DNA of 64,000 nt from Acidimicrobiia bacterium. Lineage in GTDB: Bacteria; Actinomycetota; Acidimicrobiia; Acidimicrobiales; JANYDT01. Where the stretch lies: positions 13,933-77,932 of the forward strand of contig JANLRD010000171.1 of the NCBI GenBank assembly GCA_031368215.1. Direction: 5' to 3'. The position numbers and the translations under genes were made by a program. Shown one piece after another: positions 55,670 to 64,000 of this stretch. Every line of letters starts with the position of its first letter. The first letter of the stretch is position 1. The notes beneath the pieces are model-generated. The model did not search any database. It was not told the origin of the DNA and saw only the letters and a program-made list of their open reading frames with translations.

Positions 55670-56418
55670 GAGGTACTCGGGCCACTGAGTGCTTTACCGA
55701 CGAATCGGTAGCCGACGCCGCGGACAGTCTCAATACGCCGTGGTCCGGCGCCGTCGTCGAGCATCGCCTTTCGCAGGTTGGCGATGTGCACGTCGACGAT
55801 TCGTTCCTCTCCGAAGAAGTCGCGACCCCAGATGCGATCCACCAACTGCTGCCGGGTGAACACCCGACCGGGGCTACGAGCAAGGGTTACGAGCAGGTCG
55901 AATTGCAGCGCGGTCAGGGTGATCTCGGTCGCGTCGCGCTGCACCCGGTGCTCGTCGATGTCGATCGTAAGGTCGTCGAAACGCAGGATCTCCCGCTCAT
56001 TCTCCGATCGGTGGCCGCCGCGCTCGTTTGCGTCCACGCCACTGCGTGCGGGACGAGCTCGGCGGAGTACGGCCTTGACCCGGGCGACTACTTCACGAGG
56101 AGAGAACGGCTTGGTGATGTAGTCATCGGCTCCGACGGACAGCCCGATGAGTCGGTCCGTTTCCTCCACGGCCGCTGTCAGCATGATCACGTAGCAGTCG
56201 GAGCGGCGACGGATCTCCCGTAGAGCATCGATGCCGTTCATCTTCGGCATCCGAACGTCCAAGAGCACGAGATCGACCGGCGGTTCGCGATCGAAACGCC
56301 GAAGTGCCGACTCCCCGTCACCCAGCTCCTCGACAATGAAATCATCGTCGAGGAGGTACTGGGCAACGAGGCGGCGGATCGGTTCCTCGTCGTCAACAAC
56401 CAAGATCCGCTGGTTCAT
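55666..56418 (-). CDS. OmpR-family response regulator
   Basis: ILVVDDEEPIRRL...LVLLDVRMPKMNG receiver domain, and a winged-helix C-terminus (LTALQFDLLVTLARSPGRVFTRQQL...VDVHIANLRKA...IETVRGVGYRF). Confidence 0.85.
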   Translation of the reverse strand: MNQRILVVDDEEPIRRLVAQYLLDDDFIVEELGDGESALRRFDREPPVDLVLLDVRMPKMNGIDALREIRRRSDCYVIMLTAAVEETDRLIGLSVGADDYITKPFSPREVVARVKAVLRRARPARSGVDANERGGHRSENEREILRFDDLTIDIDEHRVQRDATEITLTALQFDLLVTLARSPGRVFTRQQLVDRIWGRDFFGEERIVDVHIANLRKAMLDDGAGPRRIETVRGVGYRFVGKALSGPSTS

Positions 56419-56442
56419 GGACCCGACGGTATCGGAGGAGGG

Positions 56443-56895
56443 TCAGGCGCCTTGTTCCGGTGGTCCGCCTGCCGACCCGGTCGGGTCCGCGGAAGGGTTC
56501 GTCATCGGCGCGTTCGCCGGGACGTCGGCTCGGCCCTCGAGCACTGCCTTGCGATGGAGGTACTCGACCTCGTTGATATCTCCACGGGCGAAGCGCTCCC
56601 GAAGAATCGCCGCAGCCATGTCGACACCCGGGGCTGACGAGGGGCCCGACCCGGCGCCGGAAACAATGGGGGCCACGACCGCAGGGCCGCCCTTGCGGCG
56701 ACGGAGGAGCGCGGCAACGCCAAAGGCGACCGCGGCGAGGAGCAGCAGCATGATGACGAACATCAACGGGCCGCCTCGACGACCGCCGAACTCGTCATGG
56801 AAACCGCGGCCGTCGTAGCCGTGGCGACGACCCATCTCCCCCATCACCCCCGTGGCGTTGGAAGCGGCGAGAGTAACTGCGCTCGGGAAATTCAT
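56443..56895 (-). CDS. Small membrane protein with C-terminal SHOCT domain
   Basis: Single TM (LMFVIMLLLLAAVAFGVAAL) and ILRERFARGDINEVEYLHRKAVL. Start at MNFPSAV. Confidence 0.6.
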   Translation of the reverse strand: MNFPSAVTLAASNATGVMGEMGRRHGYDGRGFHDEFGGRRGGPLMFVIMLLLLAAVAFGVAALLRRRKGGPAVVAPIVSGAGSGPSSAPGVDMAAAILRERFARGDINEVEYLHRKAVLEGRADVPANAPMTNPSADPTGSAGGPPEQGA

Positions 56896-57135
56896 GATGA
56901 TGTCCTTCTGGTGTTGCGCCGAACGTGCTCCGGCGGCGATGTCTGAAGAACTATCCAATCGGCGCAGTGTGAAGACAGGACCAGCCCGACTATCAAGCCT
57001 TTGTAAACGCGCCCGACCGGGGCTGGTGGCGGGTGCGCAGTCTTGAAGGCGTTCGAGGAGTCGGTCGCCGGCATCGCGCATGGTCCGGGAGCGCGCCCTT
57101 GACCAAGCGGAGCGGGAATGGAGCCGGGCGCAACG

Positions 57136-57978
57136 TCAGGCTTCCGCCGCCAGCATCTCGCTCATCGCCGCGCTGAACGACTCGAAGGTGCCGGTGTTCT
57201 TCCAGACGTCGAGGAACACCTCTGTGTCGGCACCCACGGTGACGTGCAACGGGCTCGCCGGATCTGTGACGGCCGCCACGATGGCCGAGCCGACATCGGC
57301 CGGATTGCCGCCCGTGGCGAGCGCGTTCTTGCTGAAGTTGAGCATGAACCGATTGACCTCGGCGTAGGGCGACGCGTCCTGCACCTGTCCCAGCAACGAA
57401 TCGACCGTGGCAACCAACTCCGTATCGAAGTAGCCGGGCTCGATCGACAGCACACGAATGCCGAACGGGGTCACCTCGGCGGAAAGCGACTCTGACAGCG
57501 CATTGATGGCGTATTTGCCGGCCGCGTAGAAGCCGTATGCCGGGAACGCCGGGAGCCGAGCCGTGATCGAGCTGACGTTCGCGATCACACCCCGACCCTG
57601 CGCCCTCATCGACGGGAGCACCAGCCGCGACATGCGAACCGGTCCCCAGAAGTTGGTCTCGATCGCGGTTCGCGCCTGATCCATCGGGAAGTCCTCGACC
57701 GGCCCAGACAGACCGACGCCGGCGTTGTTGACCAACACGTCGATGTGCCCGTGGCGGGCCAATACGTCCGCGACGGCCGCGCTCGCCGAGGCGTCGTCGG
57801 TCACGTCGAGTGCGATGACGTCGATCTCGACACCTGCCGCGGTGGCGGCGCCCTTGAGAGCTTGGGACTTGGCGGGGTTTCGCATCGATGCGACGACGGT
57901 GTCACCGTTCTTCGCGAACGCCACAGCGGTGTGGAGCCCGATCCCACTCGAACAACCAGTGATCAGTACAACGGACAT
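57136..57978 (-). CDS. Short-chain dehydrogenase/reductase (SDR)
   Basis: VLITGCSSGIGLHTA (TGxxxGxG), NNAG, YAAGKYA (YxxxK). Confidence 0.85.
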   Translation of the reverse strand: MSVVLITGCSSGIGLHTAVAFAKNGDTVVASMRNPAKSQALKGAATAAGVEIDVIALDVTDDASASAAVADVLARHGHIDVLVNNAGVGLSGPVEDFPMDQARTAIETNFWGPVRMSRLVLPSMRAQGRGVIANVSSITARLPAFPAYGFYAAGKYAINALSESLSAEVTPFGIRVLSIEPGYFDTELVATVDSLLGQVQDASPYAEVNRFMLNFSKNALATGGNPADVGSAIVAAVTDPASPLHVTVGADTEVFLDVWKNTGTFESFSAAMSEMLAAEA

Positions 57979-58173
57979 GTGGTTCCCTTCCAGGGTTGGT
58001 TGGCAGCTGCTCGCCTGGTGCAGGAGATTCCCGTACGAACCGAGTACCTCGACAATGGGCGTGCGCCTGCCGACTGTCTGTGATGCAGATCACGCAACGG
58101 AGTGACGATCAGACGGGAATCGCTGGGGCGTTGTTGTTGTCCAAGCGAATGGTGCCCGACGAGGCCCGCGTTT

Positions 58174-59910
58174 CTACACGTAGTCGGTGACGATCTCCCG
58201 GGCGGCTCGGATACCTTCGAACGCGCCTCCTTCGATGTAGCCCTGCGCGTCCTGCGAAACGTGTTCCCCGGCGAAGTGGAACGGACGAACGGGCACACGC
58301 TCGTAGGTGCAGTACTGCTCGCAGTAGCCGGGCGGGTAGTACGAGTAGGCGCCCCACGAGTACGGATTGACGTGCCAGACCGACAGCTGGGCCCGACCGG
58401 TCCAACGCCGCGTGATGCCGGGGTAGACCGGCTCGATCTGGCGGAGGAAGGTGCCGGCGACGGACCGAACGAACGAACCGGCTTTGCCGGGTGAAGCGGT
58501 GTCGGAGAACGGAGCCGCCGGGTTGAGCAGCCGGGACACGTCACCCCCGGTGTAGTTGTTGATGATGCCTGTGCTGCCCGGCTGTCCGACCGTCACCGCC
58601 CACGCTTCCTGGTAACCGGTGTCTGCGTAGGACTCTCCGTTCCCGTTGCCCCAGACGCCGGGTTGGCTCCAGAACCGATCGCTGATCTGCAGCTGCAACT
58701 TGTTGTCCGCACCGAAGCCGAGCGCGTCGATACCGCCCACCTTTCGCGCGTCGGCGTCGAATCCCGAACCGGCGAACCCACCGCTCGCTTTGATTCGCTT
58801 CATCACCCCGAGAGGAACCGCGAAGACCACGCGATCGGCGGTCACGACAGCACCATCCTGAAATTCGAGCGAAGCGCGTCCGTCCGCCGTTCGCCTCGCC
58901 GCGACCAAGGCCTGTCCGAGCGCAACCCTGTCGACACCCAGTTCGGCGGCCTGGGCCAGGGCGATCTGCTGATTGCCGCCCACGACTTTCCAACGCTCGT
59001 CGGACTTCCCATACACCCACCAGGCGCCGGTACCACCGCCGTTGCTGAACCCGAGAAGGGCGAGCAGGTTGAGCACGGACTGACGCTCCGTGTTCTCGCC
59101 GAATTCGATCGTGTAGGCGACATCGATGAACTTCCCGAGGCGCGAGGTGAGTCCACCCGGGACATACCGCTGGATCCATTCGGCGATCGTCATGCGCGAC
59201 AGGGCAAGCGCAGCGGAGGACCACGCTGCGTTGTAGGGCCATGGGTAAGGCGGCAGGATCGACATCTGCGACTGGATGAGCTGCTCGAGCCCGGCGGCCT
59301 TCCAATCCGCGACGGCCTGTGGCCAGGGGTAGTAACCGCCGTTGAACCACAACGTGTCCTCAGCACCGTTGGTCGCCTGCGCATGTCCGCCAAGGTCGAC
59401 TGTGGAGAAGCCGTAGCGACGGCAGAGCGCAAACACGGTCTTGTGCGACGAGTCGATGAGTTCACCGCCCCACTCCGCCCATTGGCCGGTTTCGAAGAAG
59501 CCGTCGTTCGACCTGGTGAAGGTGCGACCTCCGATGCGAGTGTTCGCCTCGTACACCGTGACGCGGGTGAGGCCTGCGTCGCGCAAGGTCATCGCCGCGG
59601 ACATACCGCTGATCCCGGCGCCGATCACCGCGATGGTCGGCTGCGAGCGTGGGCTCGGCGTCGCGTCGACCCGACGGGCGAGGATGAGCTGTCCGATCGA
59701 GGATGCTGCGGCTGTGCCCACGACGCCGGAGGCGAGGAGTTGGCGACGCGTGAAGCCCTCTTCGGTGGCGAGGTACTCACGCTGGCGTCCGACAGCCTCG
59801 TCGGTGTCAGTGCCGGTCAGTCGCGCCGATCGAGAGGCGTCCGCCAATCGCTGGAGCCCGGAAGCGATGTTCGTGCGGGGCATGGGAACCTCTCTCCGTG
59901 GTCGGATCAC
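58174..59910 (-). CDS. Tat-exported flavin-containing amine oxidase
   Basis: Twin-arginine motif TRRQLLASGVVGTAAA; FAD motif VIGAGISGMSAAMTLRDAGL...VYEANTRIGGR; C-terminal HFAGEH. The start may be at 59883 or later. Confidence 0.75.
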   Translation of the reverse strand: MIRPRREVPMPRTNIASGLQRLADASRSARLTGTDTDEAVGRQREYLATEEGFTRRQLLASGVVGTAAASSIGQLILARRVDATPSPRSQPTIAVIGAGISGMSAAMTLRDAGLTRVTVYEANTRIGGRTFTRSNDGFFETGQWAEWGGELIDSSHKTVFALCRRYGFSTVDLGGHAQATNGAEDTLWFNGGYYPWPQAVADWKAAGLEQLIQSQMSILPPYPWPYNAAWSSAALALSRMTIAEWIQRYVPGGLTSRLGKFIDVAYTIEFGENTERQSVLNLLALLGFSNGGGTGAWWVYGKSDERWKVVGGNQQIALAQAAELGVDRVALGQALVAARRTADGRASLEFQDGAVVTADRVVFAVPLGVMKRIKASGGFAGSGFDADARKVGGIDALGFGADNKLQLQISDRFWSQPGVWGNGNGESYADTGYQEAWAVTVGQPGSTGIINNYTGGDVSRLLNPAAPFSDTASPGKAGSFVRSVAGTFLRQIEPVYPGITRRWTGRAQLSVWHVNPYSWGAYSYYPPGYCEQYCTYERVPVRPFHFAGEHVSQDAQGYIEGGAFEGIRAAREIVTDYV

Positions 59911-60204
59911 AACGAGTCTTCCCCTTGTCGTGCCGCGCGTCCAGCACGCGAGTCCGGAAATGCCGCGCCCAATGCGCTCGCGGCGAAACCCGGCACCCGC
60001 GTTCGAAATTGGACAGGACCGTCGACCGTGGGCTGGCAGTCGCCATGATGAGGGCGACGGCCGTCGGCTCCGTGACCTTCGCTGTTGCGGCCGACCCGAC
60101 CCATGCGATGTTCGGCCTGTTCGCCATGGCGCCGAGCGTGAACGGAACGGGCTTCCGGCTCGAACGGCAATCTCCTTTCGGCGTGACTGAGAAACTCCGA
60201 GGCA

Positions 60205-60996
60205 ATGACTACTGAAACGACTTCCGCAGCCATGCGGTGGGCCGACGCGTTGGCGTCGTGGGCCATTCCCGATCGGATACTCGCGAACGCCCCGGCGTCA
60301 CCGTGGATTCATCCGCCGAAGATGTTCAAGTCCTCCGACCACGACCCGGCCGACACACCGTCGATGGTGGCAGCCGTCTCGATGCTCGGCCCCGACGCGA
60401 CGGTCCTGGACGTCGGGTGCGGTGGCGGACGTTCGAGCCTTCCGTCGGGAAGTCGGCTTCGGCGGGTGATCGGCGTCGATGAAAGCCCCGAGATGCTCGA
60501 GCAGTTCGCTGCCGCAGCGACGGAGCGACAGATCGCGTTCGAGACTGTTCTCGGGCGATGGCCCGACGTGGCCGATCAGTGCGGCCGCGTCGACGTAGCG
60601 GTCTGTCATCACGTCGTGTACAACGTCGCCGACATAGCCCCATTTGTACGCGCACTCTGTTCATCCGCTCGGCGCGGCGTCGTCGTCGAACTGACGAACG
60701 TCCATCCCCAAACCCCGTTCAACGAACTCTGGAAGCGATTCTGGAACCTCGACCGACCCGTCGAGCCCACCGCTGGGCTCTTCATCGAGGTCGTCCGCGA
60801 ACTCGGCTATGAACCCGACGTGGTGTCGACGCCCCGGCCGGCCCGGCCAAGTCAGCTCGACAGGTCCGAGATGATCGCGTTCGTGAGGCAGCGGCTCTGC
60901 CTGAACGCCGATCGTGACGCCGAGATCCGCGAGTATCTCGACGCCCGACCCCTCCTGTCTTCTGACACCACGGTGACCGTCAGCTGGCGGACGTGA
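60205..60996 (+). CDS. Class I SAM-dependent methyltransferase
   Basis: Motif I VLDVGCGGGRSS and a Rossmann-like layout. Confidence 0.7.
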   Translation: MTTETTSAAMRWADALASWAIPDRILANAPASPWIHPPKMFKSSDHDPADTPSMVAAVSMLGPDATVLDVGCGGGRSSLPSGSRLRRVIGVDESPEMLEQFAAAATERQIAFETVLGRWPDVADQCGRVDVAVCHHVVYNVADIAPFVRALCSSARRGVVVELTNVHPQTPFNELWKRFWNLDRPVEPTAGLFIEVVRELGYEPDVVSTPRPARPSQLDRSEMIAFVRQRLCLNADRDAEIREYLDARPLLSSDTTVTVSWRT

Positions 60997-61004
60997 GCCT
61001 CGCG

Positions 61005-62030
61005 CTAGTGCGCGAAGTCGGTGATGACCGCTCGTCCGACGTAGCGGCCGGCTTCGAGATCGTCGAACACGTCACCGATCTCTGACAGCGCGGCGGTGCG
61101 GCTGATATGGCTCTTGACCCGGCCCTCGGCCGCCATCTCGACCAGCTCGCGCATGTCCTGCACTGTTCCCACCGCCGAGTAGATGATGGTGGGGTCCCGC
61201 CGGAAGAACTCCCACGGGTTGAGCTGGATGTTGCCTTCGCTGCTCGCCGGTATGCCGACGCCGACGAACAGCCCACCGCGACGCAGCATCTGTAAACCGA
61301 GGTCGAAGCCAGCGAGCTTGGCAGAGAAGACAAGGCAAGCATCGACGCCGCCGAACGCCTGCGCCGCGGCAGCAGCCTCGTCGGCACTCAGCACGGTGTG
61401 GGCTCCGAGCGATTCGACGAACGCCAGGCGTTCTGCGCCGATGTCGACACCGACAACCTTGTACCCGAAGGAAGTGGCGATCTGCACCGCATAGTGACCG
61501 AGGCCTCCCGCCGCGCCGATCACGGCGATCTTGCGGCCGGGCAGGATGTGATGCTTGAGCAGCTTCTTGACTGCGCCGTAGGCGGTGAGGCCACCGCAGG
61601 CGAGCGGCGCCTCCTCATCGCCAATGCTGTCGGGCAGCTTCACCAGTGACTTGGCGTAGACGCAGAACTCCTGCGAGAACGTGCCCATGATGCCTTTCGC
61701 CTGCGCGCAGTGGCGTGGGTCGCCGCGCATGCAGAATTCGCAGGCCCCACACCAGTAGCCGCCGCCGGTGCCACCGAGGCCGAGAATCACCCGGTCCCCG
61801 ACGGACACGAAACGGTCGGCACCCGGCCCCAACTCCTCGACGATGCCGATGCCCTCATGGCCGAGCGGCATGCTGTTCGGGAGCCCGGCCCAGTCGCCTC
61901 GGGCGATGTGCAGATCAGAGTGGCACACTCCCGCCGAGCTCATCCGGATTCGCGCCTCTTCAAACTGGGGCACCGGTGTCGGGAGGTCTTGGATCTGAAT
62001 GACGCCCTGGGCGAGTCTCGCTGCTTTCAT
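61005..62030 (-). CDS. Zinc-dependent alcohol dehydrogenase (MDR family)
   Basis: MKAARL...GVCHSDLH...GHEGIGIV...CGACEFCMRGDPRHC (structural Zn)...VIGAGGLGHYAVQ. The remainder of the 560-aa track ORF is a non-coding extension. Confidence 0.85.
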   Translation of the reverse strand: MKAARLAQGVIQIQDLPTPVPQFEEARIRMSSAGVCHSDLHIARGDWAGLPNSMPLGHEGIGIVEELGPGADRFVSVGDRVILGLGGTGGGYWCGACEFCMRGDPRHCAQAKGIMGTFSQEFCVYAKSLVKLPDSIGDEEAPLACGGLTAYGAVKKLLKHHILPGRKIAVIGAAGGLGHYAVQIATSFGYKVVGVDIGAERLAFVESLGAHTVLSADEAAAAAQAFGGVDACLVFSAKLAGFDLGLQMLRRGGLFVGVGIPASSEGNIQLNPWEFFRRDPTIIYSAVGTVQDMRELVEMAAEGRVKSHISRTAALSEIGDVFDDLEAGRYVGRAVITDFAH

Positions 62031-62251
62031 GCCACTGCTCCTTCGTGCGTTCGGGTGCTTCGTGTCGTCCCGAGAGATGGCGCAGATTGCGCTCACGCAG
62101 TTCAGAGTAGTGAGAAGTCGGCGACTTGCCTCTTTCGAGATCCGGTGGGTGCCTCGAGCCTTCAGGAGTCGCCGATTTCGCTCCACTCTCCGTGAAAACG
62201 CGCCAACGGTGACTTCTTGTCGAGCTTGTCGAACACGTTCCCTCGACCCGA

Positions 62252-62284
62252 GCACCGATGCCGCACCGATGCCGCACCGATGAT
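62252..62284. repeat. 11-bp tandem repeat x3 (gcaccgatgcc / gcaccgatgcc / gcaccgatgat) in a divergent promoter region
   Basis: Read directly from the sequence. It lies 74 bp upstream of the 62358 start and 222 bp upstream of the ADH start on the other strand. Confidence 0.7.
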
Positions 62285-62357
62285 CAACGGCCATGACATT
62301 CCGCTCGACGGTGGCCAACTGGCCAAGCTCTGACAAACTTCGTCGAAAGGAGAACCT

Positions 62358-63695
62358 ATGCCCGACGTGCAAGCCCGACCGACCATCGTCCACGGCGCGC
62401 CACCGGTAGAGCCGCGGCCCATCACCGCGGAGCGCTACATCTCCGAGCCATGGCTGGCCCGTGAGCACAACGTGCTCTGGCCCCGCGTCTGGCAGTTCGC
62501 ATGCCTCGAGCGCGACGTCGCCGAACCCGGCCAGTACGTCGTGCTCAACATCGCCCGCGAGTCGATCCTCGTGTCGTGCACCGAGGACGGCGACGTGGCC
62601 GCTCACTACAACGTCTGCCAGCACCGCGGTGCGCGCGTCATGGTGAACGAGCGTGGCTGCGAGCAGCACTTCACCTGCCCGTACCACGGCTGGAGCTACC
62701 GGACCGATGGTCGTCTAGTGGTGGTGCCGGACAACAACCGGTTCCCCGGTGGGGTGAACCGGACCGAGCGCTCCCTCAAGCCCGTGCGCGTGGGACGCGC
62801 GCTCGGGATGGTGTGGATCTGCATGGACCCCGAGGCCCCGTCCCTCGAGGACTTCCTCGGCCCGATGGTCGACATCATCGGGCCGTACCGTCTCGACACG
62901 ATGACCCTGGTTGCCGACCAGACCGTGGGCCTCGGGTGCAACTGGAAGGCGGTGTTCGACAACTTCTTGGAGCTGTATCACGTCGAGCACATCCATCCCC
63001 AGCACCAGCTGCTGTTCGACTGTCCGACCGCGCAGATCCACCTGTTCTCCACGGGACACACCGGGGTGGTGATCGATGGCCACACGCTGAACAGCCGGAT
63101 GGCGATCGCGGAGGATCCGAACTTCTTCCAGGTGCGCCAACTCCGCATGTTCGGCGCCGACCCCGATGACTACGCCGGTCGGGTGCTCGACATCCGCAGG
63201 GACATCCAGAAGCTGCGCCGCGAGGCGGGGCCGCGCCTCGGCTGGGACTACGGGCCCTTCACGGACGAGCGGCTCACCGACATCGAGCAGTACAACGTGT
63301 TCCCCAACACGATGATCACGATCCAGCCCGACGATGCATTGATCGTTCGGGTTCGACCGCACCCCACCGATCCGAACTGGTGCTACTTCGACAAGCTCAC
63401 CTTTCACCGCCAGCCGGATCCGGAGGTGGCGCGTCGGGCTGGGGTGACGTTCGAACCGTGGAGCGAGGCGGACCTCGCACCGGTCCCGCGTCCGGAGCAC
63501 GACGAGTTCACCCAGGACGACATCATCGCCGGCCGCAAGACCATGACGATCACCATCGACCAGGACGTCCACTACATCCGTGATGTTCAGGCCGGCATGC
63601 ACTCACGAGGTTTCGAATCGCAGATCCTCTGCGATGACGAGGTTCGTATCCAGCACTACCACGACTGGCTCGACCACTGGATGGAGGTGCGATGA
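62358..63695 (+). CDS. Rieske ring-hydroxylating/monooxygenase alpha subunit
   Basis: CQHRG-x17-CPYHGW; iron motif FDNFLELYHVEHIH; RBS AGGAGA upstream. Confidence 0.85.
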   Translation: MPDVQARPTIVHGAPPVEPRPITAERYISEPWLAREHNVLWPRVWQFACLERDVAEPGQYVVLNIARESILVSCTEDGDVAAHYNVCQHRGARVMVNERGCEQHFTCPYHGWSYRTDGRLVVVPDNNRFPGGVNRTERSLKPVRVGRALGMVWICMDPEAPSLEDFLGPMVDIIGPYRLDTMTLVADQTVGLGCNWKAVFDNFLELYHVEHIHPQHQLLFDCPTAQIHLFSTGHTGVVIDGHTLNSRMAIAEDPNFFQVRQLRMFGADPDDYAGRVLDIRRDIQKLRREAGPRLGWDYGPFTDERLTDIEQYNVFPNTMITIQPDDALIVRVRPHPTDPNWCYFDKLTFHRQPDPEVARRAGVTFEPWSEADLAPVPRPEHDEFTQDDIIAGRKTMTITIDQDVHYIRDVQAGMHSRGFESQILCDDEVRIQHYHDWLDHWMEVR

Positions 63696-64000
63696 CCTAC
63701 ACCGCGCAGCAACTCTCGGACCGAGAGCAGATCCGCGACCTGGCGTTGCGGTACTGCCGAGGTGTGGATCGTCTCGACCCGGACTGTATGAAGTCGGCCT
63801 ACTGGCCCGACGCGATCGACGACCACGGCAACTTCGTCGGCAACGCCCATGAGTTCTCCGATCACTGCATGGTCGCCCACCTGCGCTGGAAGTGGACGAT
63901 GCATTCGATCTACAACCACCAGATCGACCTCGAGGCCGACGGCGTCCACGCCCGCGGTGAGATCTACAACATCACCAATTTGTGCCGGGCCGACACCGGT
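63692..64000 (+). CDS. NTF2-like (SnoaL_4 / dioxygenase beta-subunit-like) protein, partial at window end
   Basis: ATGA overlap with the alpha-subunit stop. MTYTAQQLSDREQIRDLALRYCRGVDRLD... is the typical SnoaL-like N-terminus. My own translation; the ORF runs off the edge. Confidence 0.6.
   Translation, partial: MTYTAQQLSDREQIRDLALRYCRGVDRLDPDCMKSAYWPDAIDDHGNFVGNAHEFSDHCMVAHLRWKWTMHSIYNHQIDLEADGVHARGEIYNITNLCRADTG

Overview
High-GC, densely coding chromosomal segment of about 55 genes. It looks actinobacterial: frequent GTG/TTG starts, many 1-4 nt stop/start overlaps, a SARP regulator, Tat signals, and synteny with M. tuberculosis Rv2563-Rv2565. I found no rRNA, tRNA, CRISPR array, transposase or integrase by eye. 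All coordinates of small elements were counted by hand, and no database search or folding program was run.

Layout:
- 1-15.8 kb: partial SARP regulator, ECF sigma factor, and three different proteins fused to cyclic-nucleotide-binding (cNMP) domains (an MFS transporter, an ABC ATPase and a patatin lipase). The FtsX/ABC/patatin operon is preceded by a perfect TGTGA-N6-TCACA CRP-type site. This part also holds a thioredoxin-fold gene split by an in-frame TGA with a SECIS-like hairpin (candidate selenoprotein), a kinase-like plus PEP-utilising swivel protein pair, a PPOX-like gene, a Rieske oxygenase and a 2OG-oxygenase remnant.
- 15.8-25.3 kb: one co-directional block on the minus strand. It contains a BMP-family ABC importer and a three-gene oxygenase set whose domain distribution matches the caffeine N7-demethylase NdmCDE: a Rieske-less oxygenase, a reductase carrying an extra Rieske domain, and a GST fused to a full Rieske oxygenase.
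- 25.3-29.1 kb: pgm, a secreted metallophosphoesterase and a PhyH-family dioxygenase.
- 29.1-49.4 kb: a polysaccharide locus of about 19.6 kb that looks lower in GC. It encodes a priming sugar transferase, 4 glycosyltransferases (GTs), Wzx, Wzz, a Wzy-like domain fused to PD40 propellers, a plant-RGP/GT75-like protein, an acetyltransferase, an RmlD-like reductase and a GlxA-like oxidase. It is bracketed by 346-bp direct repeats of the 3' part of a DUF35 gene.
- 49-64 kb: DUF35/thiolase pair, Baeyer-Villiger monooxygenase, DUF4262 and LCCL proteins, a SHOCT/response-regulator/histidine-kinase operon, SDR, Tat-exported amine oxidase, methyltransferase, Zn-ADH, and a Rieske oxygenase with an NTF2-like partner.

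Most other long ORFs in the track are antisense or shadow ORFs typical of high-GC DNA.
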